Below are positions 1-13,400 of a DNA stretch of 64,000 bases, in pieces (within the stretch, counting starts at the first letter, position 1; the number at the start of each line of letters is the position of its first letter). The notes under the pieces were generated by a model. It was not told the DNA's origin and searched no databases. It was given only the letters and a program-made list of their open reading frames with translations. Source of the DNA: Balanoglossus misakiensis (taxonomy: Eukaryota; Animalia; Hemichordata); assembly GCA_040954595.2 (NCBI GenBank), contig CM082589.2:5825186-5889185 (forward strand), read 5' to 3'. The position numbers and the translations under genes were made by a program.

Positions 1-101
1 AAATTGATTTGAATGGTTGCATCTTAATTTCTAAACCAGACAACCTGAAAAAGAGGCCACGAGAGAGATCTATATGTGGTGTCTATTGTCTTGTATCACA
101 G

Positions 102-1228
102 GTGCTGTTAGGATCCTGATTGCCACAGACGTTGCCTCCAGAGGTCTGGACATCAAGGACATCACGCATGTCCTGAACTTTGATTTCCCCCACAACATGG
201 AAGAGTACGTTCACCGTGTTGGCAGGACAGGCAGAGCTGGGTACGTCGCTCTTCGTAATCTTATCGAAAAATTTGCAGTTCCCTCCCAACCTGGGGTCGA
301 AATAACGGTTGTTTAGTTGCAAAGGAAAGCATTTCAGTAGCCAAACCCACAATATATTTTACTTTTGATAGACTCTCATTCGTGATTTGCTTCTCAATAT
401 TTAAAATACTAGGGCTTTCTTTGAATTTGCCTGATACTTTAGAACTCAGTTCCAACTGGGTCAGATCTTGGCTAACCCCGAAGGCAAGTGTAGGGTAGCC
501 AAATAAGCACATAAACCTCATTTATACTAGTACTGTATACAGCAATATAACCAATAGCACAGCCTACATCGGGCTACAAAAAAATACAACAGGCCACAAA
601 TGATACCAGTAATTATAGCTATCACTAGACCAACCTCTGTCACTGTACACAACATGAGGTATTTTTACTATACACAATGTATTGGGCTACATCAAAGCAT
701 ACTCTTTACTGAATCTGGCGACTGTGTTGAATTGCTTACAGACGGAGTGGCGTGTCTCTGACACTGATGACACGCAGTGATTGGCAGTCTGCAGCCAAGC
801 TCATTAAAATATTAGAAGAAGCCAGTCAGGTATGTGTGAGATATGAAATCTCTATGTCATTGTTGAACAAACACTCAACTGTCTGTAGATCAGTGTCTGC
901 ATCACATGGGTAGAGTGTGGGTGTTATATAAATATTAGTAAATTGTCTCATGAGAAAATTTGCTGTTCAAAACTCTCTATTACAGCTGGATAAAAAAATA
1001 AATCTGCTCATGTCTGTTATGATATCGGTTGTTATTTCTTTCCTCCAGGAAGTGCCAGATGAGGTAGTCGCCATGGCCGAGCGCTACGAGAAACACAGAG
1101 AGAGATATGGCGACAGAGAGCGTGGGGGTCGCCGTGGATGGGGAGGTCACCGAAATGATTACGGCCGCTCAAACGGCGAAATAGATCCGTTCGGAGGAGG
1201 CAGCTGGGGCAACAAGAAGAAATGGTAG
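102..1228 (+). CDS. DDX43: DEAD-box RNA helicase, DDX43/DDX53-like; last three coding exons (5' part is outside the window)
   Basis: Exons 102-240, 742-829, 1049-1228 join in frame at GT-AG sites. They encode motif V ([14 protein letters not shown]), motif VI ([12 protein letters not shown]), then [42 protein letters not shown], which resembles the DDX43 C-terminus, and an RG-rich tail ending at TAG 1226-1228. Candidate poly(A) signal ATTAAA 1736-1741. Confidence 0.85.
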
Positions 1229-3264
1229 ATCGAAGGGGGTATGTGGAGACTTGGCTTTGGCCATGGGAAGGATGTGGTTATAAAAAATCTATTCAACAAA
1301 AGTGTTTGGAAGTACAATAGATTTAGTGGGTGGAAAAGTAATAATAATCATTATAGGTATTAGAGGTTATTGATGAATCATGATGTAATAGAAGTATAGG
1401 AATATTGAATTCAAGCAGCTTACTTCACACTTGTTAATGCCTCTCAGGGATAATCGATTTTGATACCTGTCTGTGTGTGTGTGTGTCTGTCTCTCTCATA
1501 TATCACATCACATGTAGGATAATGACACAAAACATATTGTGACAACACTGAAGTTGAGGATATCCATAAAAAAATATTTCCTTGTGGAACCCACTTTTCA
1601 TGTTTTCTAATTTGCTCTCACGATATTTCAGAAAAGCAACAGAGATAAACTGTACGTACGCCTGACCTTAGTCTTATTGGCCTGTTTATTTTTTGTCAGC
1701 CTGTTATCCCTTTTTGTTCTTGTTCTCAGCATTTTATTAAATGTTTGTTAAGATATGTCAAGGTTTGATTTCTTTTGACTTTGAAATGCATGTATAGTTT
1801 TTGATACCTAAGGGTGTAAAGGATAATATCCCTGCATCAACTGATAAAATTCCTACCTTTTGAAGCTTTTATCTCGGGGTAAACTACAAAACAGACTTTC
1901 TCAGAAAAACAGTTTTATAACAAACATTTTTATTTGCAACAAGTATATAAAACTAACATTAGAGTACATGTATATGTATTCAAAAAGGTTGTGTTAAAGG
2001 TGTTGAACAATTTCAAAAACATGACAATCTCCAATTCTGAAAACTTAACAGTGAGTAATCAGATGTTATTTTCTGTTTAAAAAGTTCATGGAAAACATTT
2101 AACTGGCAAATTTTTTCTCTGTGAAAATTGAAATCATTGACTGAAGTTGGTATTCAGATCGACTTTTTCCAATCTCCCAGTAAGTTTTGTGAACAAAGTT
2201 AACATGGTTTAAGACTTTGACAATAATCCTAATCCCGAAAAGGCAGCTCTTAATAGCCAAGAAAAATACGGAACATATTACTATCACTATTTAAGATAAC
2301 TGGATTTTAAAAAGTTCCATGGCGTCAATTATTTTGGTGGAGGCAGAGAGAGTTGATGCCTTTATGGCAGATTTCATCACTTCTGAGACTTGGAAAGAAT
2401 GTACTAAGATCTGATGCACAGGGCTCAATTAGAATTCCATGATTTTCAACAAGTTTAAAATCTGGTTTATAATTGCATCGCTCATAGAAAACAGTAAACT
2501 GTACAATAACATCAAAACAAATATCACAAATATGGCAGTGCTAATGATCACATTGTAGAGCTTCCTTTCAATGTGCTGATGCATTCTCAGGTAAAATCTG
2601 AACAAATAATGACAGTGAATTTCCAAGTCGTAAAACATATTCTGCACGTTCTACACTGCACAGTATCATACAGTATATACAAAAAAATACCTAAAAAAAA
2701 ATTACAATCTAACACGATAAATAAATTAACAATGTATATTTTTTGATAAAATATTTTTTTAAGATATGATCAGATTAGAATAAGAAGAACAAAAGCTAGA
2801 ATGTCTTATCAAACTTGTTAGGTAATCAAGTACCAGATTTTCCCACATGAAATGGAGAATGTTTGATTTTTTTGTGAAAAAAAATATTTAACAACTAAAA
2901 CACTATTTAACTGTGCATACTAAAATGTAATTAAATTTCTCTCATTTTTAAAAACAAGGAGAGATTAAAATGGGCAGCTAAAATTAACTTTTCAATGGTA
3001 AAATCCATTTCTCCTAGCTATCCTGAGACAGCAAAAGTCTTTCTCAAATCCTGAGGTTAAAATTCCAGGACCTTTCGAAGATCTAATGGAAGTTAAAACC
3101 ACAAATTTCCAGCACACCTGAAGCCAAAACAGTCTATCTTCACGAAAATACTGTCTGTGCCTCACCCAGTTCTCAGTGGTATGCTCCATTAGTGGGAACC
3201 AAATACTAGGACCATTCCATTTGACAGAGCTTCACAGGGTGGTGCGGTTGGTATCCGGTGCCTT

Positions 3265-6200
3265 TCACTGCGAGTTGATAGTGAAATTGTAGACCAGGAA
3301 TTTGGCAGTGCCGGTGTACTTGGTGGCAAAGGTTTTGCCGTCTGGGGTCGGGTCGGAGAAGGCGATGTCGTCGTTACTGAGGGTGCATCCGTATGTGAAA
3401 TTGCACCTGAAAATGAAATCGAAAAATGGGTCATAATACAATCAAGCTTTGTACATGTATGAAGTTAGAATAGGTGCAGAGTTTGACAAAAATTGTAACT
3501 TTTGTGTCATTTAACATGATGCGCCATGTGTTGTTTGTCCTGTGCCATATGAGAATGTACTCTCATATAAACTGTCTGGCAATGCGAGATTCTGTAGAGT
3601 TGAAAAACTGGTCTACTGACCATGAGCAATGGATCATGTGAGCAACACATCACAGGGCACAGGTAGCAAAAATGGAAAACAATGACGTACGGTTAACCCT
3701 CTGCATCTGTACCAGCAAAAGGATGTACCCAAAAAAACCAACTTACTTGAGACAATCCATCAACCTTGTGGCAATCTTCTTGCGTCTCATCTGACCCCAA
3801 ACCCAAACCCTGCTGATTCCACAAACCACGTCCTCCGCTTCGTTGCTGCAACACCAAGCTCTCTTCTGGTCGTCCACACTGTCCTCGGAGTAATCCTGAT
3901 CGTTGTCGGTCAGCACCCGGTAACCCTGGTAACAGTGGCGGAGGAGAGGAGATCCAACACAGTTTCAGAAGTTTAACAATTGTGAGAGTGACTGGGGGAA
4001 AAATACACTGACCAAAATGTTCACTTTTAAATGGTGTGCAAATTGTTCATTGTCTTACCTTACTGATTTTCTCCACAATGCAGCAACCGACAACTTTCTT
4101 TTCATTGGAAATGAACAGAAATGCCTGCAAGAAAAAGCAAAGTGTCACATTTAATATTCCATGATTCACTGAAATGAACTTATCAAGTAAGCCTCTTTGG
4201 TTCCATTGTAAAAAAATTCACAAAAACACTTTAATTGTGAAATTTCTCCAATCACTTTAATCTTGCCAATGACCTTTGACCCTTACCTTAAAGTCTCGCT
4301 TACAGGCCTTGCCACCTTCCATAAATCCAAGTTCAGTGTCAACAAGCTCTCTAACATCTTCCACCTAGGGACGCAAAAATATTTTATTTGTAAATTCAAC
4401 CTAAAGGCAACAGATTGTCATGTAATTTGTAAGCGATAGCTAGCCAATCACAAATTACCTTTTTCAGAGCATACTTCGGGTCGTCCGCTGAAATCATAAT
4501 AATACGACCATCGTGGAATTCTTGTATCACTTGTTCTTTCTTCCAGCCCTAAATAATTGTAAAAAAACATCAGTAATTGTAAATAGAAAAAAAAAAAAAA
4601 CATTTTCAAGGACAAGCAAGTTAGCCATACTGTTGATCAACTTTCCATGTACCGGAACCTTCCCAGATATGGTGTTCAAAACACAGTGTAATCATTTTCT
4701 ACTCACTGGGAATTTCACACATTCCGTGAATTTGTTATGGAATCTGATGTGATCCGATTCATCTTCCGGATCAGCCATGCTGTAAACCATGCCGCAGGTT
4801 GTACACGTTGTGGCGCCGAATCTCTTCTGTCCCAGATCCTGTGAATGTCAAAAGAAATACAAATAAACTCTTTTGGCTTACAAGGTGGATTACACTTTCA
4901 CTGCTGCTTACATCAAGGCTCATAGATGACACAGTAAAAGAAGCACACTTCTGTAGTTACTCACCAAAACCATCTGTTCTCTGCCGTCTTTATCTCTGGA
5001 CTTCTTCAATATTGGAGATTTGCGCTGCAAACGCGTGGACCTTGTTGAACTTTGGGTGGTTGTTTTCTTACTGTGAAGCCAGAAATAACTTTCAGAATTA
5101 AATGTGTTCATAACTATGTTGGAAATGCTTGGGAAAAGTTGGTATTTGTCATATGCTATGTATATTATAGAATAATTTAGTTAGAATACTTACTTCTTGG
5201 CTGATTGTGGTGGAGTCGATAGATTGGTGAATATTGGAAACATCTTGACAGCTGTGTGGGAGATAAAAATATTTATTCTTCAGCACAAACAATAATAACA
5301 TGAATGAAAACAAATCAATCTTAAAAGCAGGATTTGAACAAGAAGCTGTGGCTAGAAATTGAAGCTGATCTGGGTTATTTGCTCATAACTGCACATTTTT
5401 TAAACTAAATGTTCACTCTTTTTTTGCCTACCTGCAGTTTGTTTATCAGACTGGATTTCTTTCTTGGAATTTTCATCTGGCTCCGTATCGTCTTGGCTTA
5501 CTTCAGCATCGGACAGCTTCAGTCTCTTGGAGGAGGACTTCACCGGTGTCACTTCTAAGCCTCTCTTCCTTGGCGTCTTATTGGTCGAATCGTCGTCCCA
5601 TGACCTCAGCTGCGCACTCCCATTGGCTGGAGACGGGCTGCCATCTTTGACCTGCGAGGGGGGAGTATCTTCCACGCTGTCGGCAGAATCATTTAGGAGT
5701 TCTGTTGGACTGTCGTTGTCGTCTTCAGCGAAGAAGTTGGAACTCTTCTCAAATGCCGGGTCTTGCTTCGTATTGCTGTGAGTGGCCGTAGCTTCTTTAT
5801 CAGAGACTGGCATTCTCTCCTTATCGGACTTTGGAGTCTTGGCAGCTGCAGTTTCCCTGTTCGAACTCTTATTTCCAGATTTGCTCACTGGCTTTTTGTT
5901 TTTATTCAAAGTCTGCATATAAAGTTTGATTCCCTTCGACACCCCGGCCGGTTTCTTTGCAGATAACACCTTCTGACGTGGGTTTCCAAAACTGCCAGTC
6001 CGTTCAACGTTTTGATCACTGTCGTCAGAGGCTTCTTTTCGAGGTTGCTTTCTCGGTGACCTTCTCAAGGGGGTCACATCTTCAGTGACTTTATTAAACA
6101 GTTTAGTCTTTGGCGTGCCAGGTGATGGGCTGGATTTCTTTCTGGGGCTGGTTCTCGTAGCGACAGTCTTTGTATTTGTGGAATCCTCACCCTGCCCCTT

Positions 6201-6758
6201 CTCACTGCTCTTTGTCTTCTGAACACTGCTGTATGTCTGGGCGCGAGACACTGCCTTCCCGCTGCTGCTGTTCGAAGACATCTTCCGATTACCACCAGAG
6301 GGCTTCTTCACGTTCGACTTTGGTGTCTTGACGACATTTGTCGCCGTCGGTGACGTCATCGCCTCTTCCTCCATGCCCAGTCGCTTCCTCCGCTGCTCTT
6401 CCTCGTCCAGGGCCTCGCGTCTCTCCAACGGGCTCAGGTACCGGCTCCGCTTGCCGCCGTAAAACGAGACGGGCGAAACCTCCACGGTTACGCTCTCCGA
6501 TATGTCCTCCTCGAGACACCGTACGAACGACCCCTTTTTGGCCGACGCGCCGTCCTTCCACCGGGGCGACCTTCTCCCCGAAGACCGTCCGCTCTGTGGC
6601 GTTCTCCGCGAACTCCGCCGGCTTCTGGGCGACTCCTGGCCCTCCATCCAATCGTCAAACCTGTTGGTCCGCTTGCTGGTAGATAACGGGCTGACCTCCC
6701 CCAAGGATACCTTCTGTCTCTTTCTAGATGAATCGGTAATGGTGGAGGATCCTATCAT
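3265..6758 (-). CDS. ESCO2: Cohesin N-acetyltransferase ESCO2/Eco1 family, about 725 aa, 9 coding exons
   Basis: Exons 6758-5432, 5251-5194, 5070-4965, 4838-4707, 4548-4459, 4364-4287, 4124-4059, 3925-3747, 3406-3265 are phase-consistent. They encode PIP-like QMVLDLGQKRF, zinc finger CTTCGMVY...[41 protein letters not shown] and [14 protein letters not shown]. The long S/K/R-rich N-terminus contains [17 protein letters not shown] (ESCO2-type). Start codon is inferred (acceptor at 6765). Candidate AATAAA on the - strand at 1929-1934. Confidence 0.92.
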
Positions 6759-7408
6759 TTTGACACTGTTGTTAATTAAGAACATATCAAATAAGACATT
6801 GTTATTTGCATTGTAATAGCCTGTCACAAACGAGGGTGATCTTTCCCTCTAAATCTTCCTTTGAACAACTCTGTAAGACCATGGTACCTCCATGGTAAGA
6901 CTGTATAATTATATGGTGTGTTACCACACAATACAGTCTATACACACCAAACAGAAGGGCAATGAATCGCTGAGTCCTGGACGATACTTTTAGTACAAGG
7001 GAGGCTCGATGAGGCAAATATTGAACTGATCCAGGGCGAATTGGCAAAGTAGATCTCGAACGAGACGGGGGGTGTAGGAAAGTGGTGTGTTTTCAAATCG
7101 ACTCGAATGTAAACAATAGAAAGGAGAATTCCGCAATGTCGAAGTGACATGAGATTACACCTGCAAACCTAGGTTATGACATTACTGGTAATGTAATTAA
7201 AAGTTTTCAATGTTGACTCCGAACGATCAGTTCTCCTACGCGATCCCCTGGGCCAAGCTAACTGTTGTGTAAGTGAAGAACTTGAAATGCACACTCGACT
7301 GATCACCCGAAGGCTGAGAAGTGACATGTTGATTAAATCGCTAAGCTTTAAACTGAACATCATCGGAGCTTGGATTTAAATATTACAACATATACGAGAT
7401 ATACTCAC

Positions 7409-7750
7409 AGGGCGAAAAAGATAGTCCGGCAAATCGTCAACGCAAAAACCAATGAATTAGACTGACGCTACCGCAGCCATTTCAAACAACTTGTAAGGAT
7501 TGGCGGGAAATTACTCGCTTTAGGTCATCGTTGATGGCGGTAAGGTCAAGGGTTATGACCTTCTCATGAATCATAATTATGATGTGCATAGTGAAAAAAC
7601 GGAACTTTTTGTACCTACAGAGAGAGTTTTGTTCATTTTGTCTTAGTAAATTCATTGTTAAATCTATAATGTGCCATTAGGAACCAAATTTATCACAAAA
7701 CATACCAAAAACCCACAAAAACAATTAACGAACAACCAAACCAACTCAAA
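7409..7750. promoter_or_regulatory. Bidirectional promoter region between ESCO2 and MRGBP, with E2F-like and CHR-like elements; includes the probable non-coding first exon of ESCO2
   Basis: The genes are head-to-head. On the - strand: TTTCCCGCCAA at 7500-7510 (E2F consensus), TTTGAA at 7481-7486 (CHR-like), and a GTGAGT donor at 7403-7408. The MRGBP ATG is at 7751. Confidence 0.6.
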
Positions 7751-9163
7751 ATGGCTTCCCTCGATAGTGAGACTGTTCGTGAGATCGAAGACCTGACTTG
7801 GAATGCGGAGCTTGAAGTCAGTTTATTTCATGCCATGAAAGGCCACAAACCAGTAGGTAGGTATCGATCGCCAGCATTTATCCCCAAGTTAGATATTTTG
7901 CGTCACACGATTGGCTTCTTCAAGATACGAACAGAGTTTTGGACAGAGACGCGACGCATCGCGTTGTCATTTTGTGTTGACAATTTCATATCAATCAGGC
8001 ATGTTTCATTGCAAGCGTTGTTACATTTGAAGATTATTCCGGAAAGACGCCTGATGTGAGCTCCTGAAAATGTGTAATTAAACTGCAAACAATAACTAAG
8101 ACAAACCTGAAGCTGTTGTGTAGAAGACTGCATGGCCATCACGAAGCCAACACGAATGATGTAGTGAAGCGCCCTCATCTGACCCAGCCAGTGAACTGAC
8201 ACACTAGTAAAACAATTTGATCGTGTCACGACGCGTCATGTATGTGAACTTTCACGCTCACCGTATTCACGCTAGTTGACACGGTGAAATTTATTTGCGA
8301 GATAGCTTTTCAACTACCATTGTATGTGCATTGTATTCACAAGACTTAATTTTTGTTCACTCACAGGGGTCAATAAAAACTTTCACATGATGTGCATCCA
8401 TGAAAAGTTTACCCTATCTACTGGAAAGAGGTGTACAGCACAAAGTCTGTGGGATCATTTAGGCACCATGTACGATTTACCAGCACTGGTAAGTCTGTCT
8501 GTCATATGCACCACAACTGAACCGCCAGTACGGTCCACTTAATATTCTGCTGACAGGGTTCCTAACTCCACACACTTTATGGGCAGAAAAAGACTAACAA
8601 AGAATTACCATATTCTTTTTCTGCAGCACGAGTCAGAAATTCTACCGTTTCCGAACAAAGAAATAGAATTTTGTCTGCCAGAGCCGGACTTTGCCGATTT
8701 GTTTGAAGCAAAGGGGAGAGTGAAAGAGCCGGAAAAGCCTGGAAAATCGAAGGAACCTGTCAGCGCAGCAGGTGAAGAGAGTAAGTATCAAGACAAGATT
8801 TAGGGATTATACGATGAATAGTTTCCTTTACAAGATAGTGTGGATATTTTTCCTCAGAAGTCGCAACTTGAAATTGTATCCATATGTTTTGTAAAATACG
8901 GATGAATCCAGTGGCATTTTCAGATAAAACTGAATTAGTTTAAAATCATATTAAGATCTAATTCTACGGTGTTCTTTGTTTTGTATCGCACAGCTCCTTT
9001 GAAAGCACCAGCCAAGCTGACCAACATCACCAGTAGCAGCAGTGCGGCCAACACTCCCGACAGTTCCCCGAAACGGAAAAGGACGCGGCAGACCGTGACG
9101 TCCTCCAGCCCAGGGGGCGAAACGCCGACGACGGGATCAGCAAAGAGGAGAAGGGTTCTGTAG
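7751..9163 (+). CDS. MRGBP: MRG/MORF4L-binding protein (Eaf7 family, NuA4/TIP60 subunit), about 183 aa, 4 exons
   Basis: Exons 7751-7856, 8367-8488, 8627-8780, 8994-9163 are in frame and give [34 protein letters not shown]...[33 protein letters not shown] and C-terminal NTPDSSPKRKRTRQ...AKRRRVL. Confidence 0.93.
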
Positions 9164-9725
9164 CTGAACACCCCTAGTTCTTAAAAATGGAATCTGCGCC
9201 GGTGTTGCCGGCGACAACACCTGTGGACTGGATACGAATTGTCTGGCACTGCACTGTTGAGTTGTTAGACGGTCAGGGCTGAGTATCACATGTGCTGTGT
9301 GGGTTGCAACAAGAGATGCTCATTGAGTTGAAGACAATGAAATGTCTGTAACAGGAGACGCTTTCCTGAATTTACACACACGAAGCAACAAACTGCCCAG
9401 CGCGACCAAAAGACAGACATACATCTATCCCTGCCTTTCATCAAACATTAATATGAAATGAGGTGAGGTTGAACTAAAAATATTATGTGCACATTAATAT
9501 GAGATAAAAACTGTGCTGATATTTTATTATGAAACATTTTTGCCAGTGTCGTTAAAATACACCAATTAAATCTACAATTTAAATTTGAGAATTTGATTTC
9601 CTAGAAGATACAGACTCTGTTTTTATGTGAATGATCATATATGAAATTTTTGTACATAAACATCTGTGTCAGATTGTTTCTATCGGTCCCTCCGTGCTAA
9701 GTAAAGGCCAATTGGCCACGATGGT

Positions 9726-9744
9726 GAGCGCCCCCTAGTGACGA
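9726..9744 (-). promoter_or_regulatory. CTCF-like motif
   Basis: The - strand reads TCGTCACTAGGGGGCGCTC, close to the CTCF core consensus CCAC/GYAGGGGGCGC. It lies between the 3' ends of MRGBP and the GPCR. Confidence 0.4.
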
Positions 9745-10468
9745 AAAGTGAATCTGAGTATAAGGAGAAAAACAAAGAAAAGACCTGAAATTTCACAAAT
9801 TAACTTTTATTTGCGAAAAATGTTTTAAATGCTTTTATCGGTGATGGCTATCATCATCATGAAGCAGTTTATAGAACATTAACGACACGTCTTGGACAAG
9901 AAAACTGCTTACATCACTGCCTGTCTGAGTGACACTTCGGTTATTGGTTATTTCTCTGTGCCACAATAGTGATACTAGACTCGTATATTCAAGATTCTTA
10001 GTGAATCAAAATGGTCAAAATTTTAAATTCCCGACACTGTAAAGGTACAAAGCAGGTATATCTAGGATAAGATAGAAAAAGTATGTACAGAAGAAATTTT
10101 GAGAAAGTATAAGTATCGGGTAATAATTTTGCCTTGCGTGGAATATACAGCTAAATGCGTCCATGTAAATTCATTTTTCGCTTGATTTTCATCAAAACAA
10201 TCACCACGGAAACATTATTTACAAACATATCAACAACAATGAAAATAGCATACTTAGCAAAATATTATATTTACATTTTAGTATTCCATAGCATTTTGTG
10301 TTGCGGTACACTTCCACCAATACCACATTATGGCTTTTTGTATGATAACCTTGTCCACCTCTACAGTTGTGAATACGTGTGAATTTTAAAATCACACTAT
10401 GCGAGCGGATGTCATTCGTTTATAGAGTCGGTACGCGGTGAACATACACTCGCTCCAGCTTTTTATAC

Positions 10469-13400
10469 TCAGTAAGCCTTCACTGCCACGCCGTGATTTT
10501 CATCTGGAGCCCCGGGCAAAACAGACTGAACCTGAAACAGATGGACGGTATAGCGTGAAAGATGACAATCAAAACAAGACAATCAAATAGACCAGTCCTG
10601 CACAATAATCTCGATTACTAGTTGATCTGACGCTATTAACTGTCACATTCACTCAATATTAATATCAGGGACAAAGAGTGTACATGTATGATATTTTACG
10701 CCATTTTGGGCGTTTTCCTGTCGTCAGAATTTGGTAGACTTAGGATATTTCATTCTACAGAAAACCATATAAAGCCCTTTGTAACATTTTTTAAAAAGCC
10801 AAATAATATTTTCAGTCGACTATACGATGGACACTTACATCGAGAGGAGTGGTTGATCGGCTGGAGTCATAATGTTGCGTGTAGCCCGATCGATTTGCAA
10901 CAAACGCCGGTTCTTCGGTTGGATAGACGGCGGACGACTCTTCTTCCATTACGATGTCGCCGTCTGTTGAAGCAAGGACGTTTGAGAAAGATTCGAAAAT
11001 CGGTCAACATCGGGACCAAAATCGCCCACGTGGTTGAGTTCAAACCGACCAACTTTGTGAAGAGGACATGTAAATGTGTGAAAGACGTTAAAAAAGTTTA
11101 CACAATTTCACGGCACACGGCAGCAGAATCTTTCAGTTCACAAATACATGTACTCACTTGATACCGTAGAAAGTGTACTTTTCTTGAGCGACAGTGTGCG
11201 ATGATCCACCGAAGATGTCGATGTCTCCCGAGTTTTGCTGTCGGTGGCTAAACTGGTTCGGTCGTATGTTCTCGAGAGCTGTGAAAGTAATGTAAAACTA
11301 GCTAAAGGAGGATATCTGAAGTCATGGTTTCGAAGACTGGGGACCATGTCTTGCAATTGGTGAAAGAATTTTATTTTAGCAACCGTGTATTTATTCAATT
11401 TTATGAAGACGTTCGACTAAAGTGGACACCACCCAAGAAGTAATGGACTTGCGGCACTGAGGAACATCATAATTTAACCGACACATTTCGACTACATCGC
11501 GTGTATCATATCTGCTAGTATACCTCGCTACTGGTCAAACTGACTGACTGGCTGCCCGTGAGGCCTACAGTAAAATCACGTCAACTACTTGTTGTTGAAG
11601 GTCTATGCTTATCCCGTACATGCCAGATAGGACGTTTTGACAAGTTTGGAAATGCTCAAACAATCGTATGTTTCAATTTTGTCGAAGTCTTACCGTTGCG
11701 GCCGTTGTCGTGACGATTTCTCCTTTTTCAAGCGCTCGTTTCTCCATCTTTCTCCTAAAAGATGCCCGAACCTAACGAAATAAAAATTCGTTGCCGTCTT
11801 GTGAATAAAAATGACCATTTCTCACGTTCAACCGAGCATCAAATATGATTCATTCGTTCGAAACAACATACGGAACATCGTGTCAGTGACTGATTATCGA
11901 GTCACGCCCTCGGTGGCGTGTGTTTGAAATGTCTCACCTCGGAGTTGAATATTCCCTGGAACATGAAGATGAAGAGGCCTTGCAGCGAATTGCAAATCGC
12001 AAACATGTACTGGAATACGATGGAGTTGTCTCCAACTGCAAACAACCCGAACAACCACGTGATTCCAAGAATGGGCAGAAGAAACAGGGAACTTTTAGCA
12101 GCCGTTCTGAAAGGAGGAACGAAAAAGTGAAGTGGGTGACTAATTGACTATCATTTATAAGTTTGTTAATTATGAGTGTGGGCCAGGTGTTCACATTGTA
12201 CAGGCGAGAGCGTATCGACAATAACCAGCTTTTGCTAAAAACGACGTCATGCATAACAGAAAATTTGGTCGAAAATGTTTCAGAAGGCAGTCTTGCAGTC
12301 TTACGATGGCGAAGCTCCTCTTTAAGTTTTCAACCTACCTTATGTAGTTGCTGTCTTTCTTGTACTCAGATGACGTCTTGGTGGACGCAACTACAATCCT
12401 TAGAACCATTACCAAGACGATGATATTAACCTGTTGATGCAAACCACGCCCCTCAGTGATAGCCAGACTATTGCATGTAAATTACGAAGCAACTGACTAC
12501 TTGCAGTGGACATTCAAACGTGTCCGATTTATTTATGATGCACGTAATATATGATCACACAATCCTTAGAACAACAAAGGGGAGACTCACCAGCAATACA
12601 AATATTGCCGGACCAACAAACGACCAAATGTGACCACTTTTCATATCCAGCCAACATCTGTAATGTTAAAAGTATGAAATATTGGTGTATTACGTATGCG
12701 ATACTTCTACATTTATAGTCAAAATGTTTGTTTTTTACAAGGTTATTCGTTCGTTCGTTCATTCATTCATTCATTCATTTGTGAAGTGTGCCGTTATAAT
12801 TTATATGTCCATATTTACCCAGTTGGGGTGCCGTAGCCACCGGGGTTTATAGCTGCTGCTATGGCAACGATGACGATGGGAACGCCCCATCCGATAAGGA
12901 TATAGTACTTGATCTTGCTGCTCTCTGTGCCAAACACGATGACCACTTTGCTGTACAGATGCACTCCCTCCATTAGCATCCACGTGAAAACGGCCAGGAA
13001 CGAGATGTGGAGGAGAATGGCTACCGTCATGCACGCGATCTGAGCACAGAAAGAAAACGCATGATGGCTCTAATCATGTTCGGAAGTGCTCTAATCCTCT
13101 TTAGACGCGGGGTTATGGAGGTTTTAACACGATCGGGAGTTGGCATTAGGTTAATCGTTCTTGAAAGATTTTTAAATCGCTTCCCTTCACGAACGTGATA
13201 CGAGGAACTGCCACTAAAGGGTACCTGTCCAGTACACCTACAGCCAGCGGAAAAAATAGTAAAGACAAGAATTACTGCAAAGCTAAGAATCAAAAAAACT
13301 AAACCGATGCGAATTAACTCGACCTAGTCAACCTTTTTACATAGATAATGGCATCTGTAGTTCTGCTTGTACTGCTGAAACAAGAAACATATATCTGACC

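Noticed and set aside
1228-3265. Possible overlapping antisense 3' UTRs of DDX43 and ESCO2
   Set aside because: The best candidate poly(A) signals (+1736-1741, -1929-1934) imply a gap rather than an overlap; it cannot be supported without RNA data.
5464-6816. Overlapping ORFs within the large ESCO2 exon
   Set aside because: Shadow frames of a GC-rich, low-complexity coding exon.
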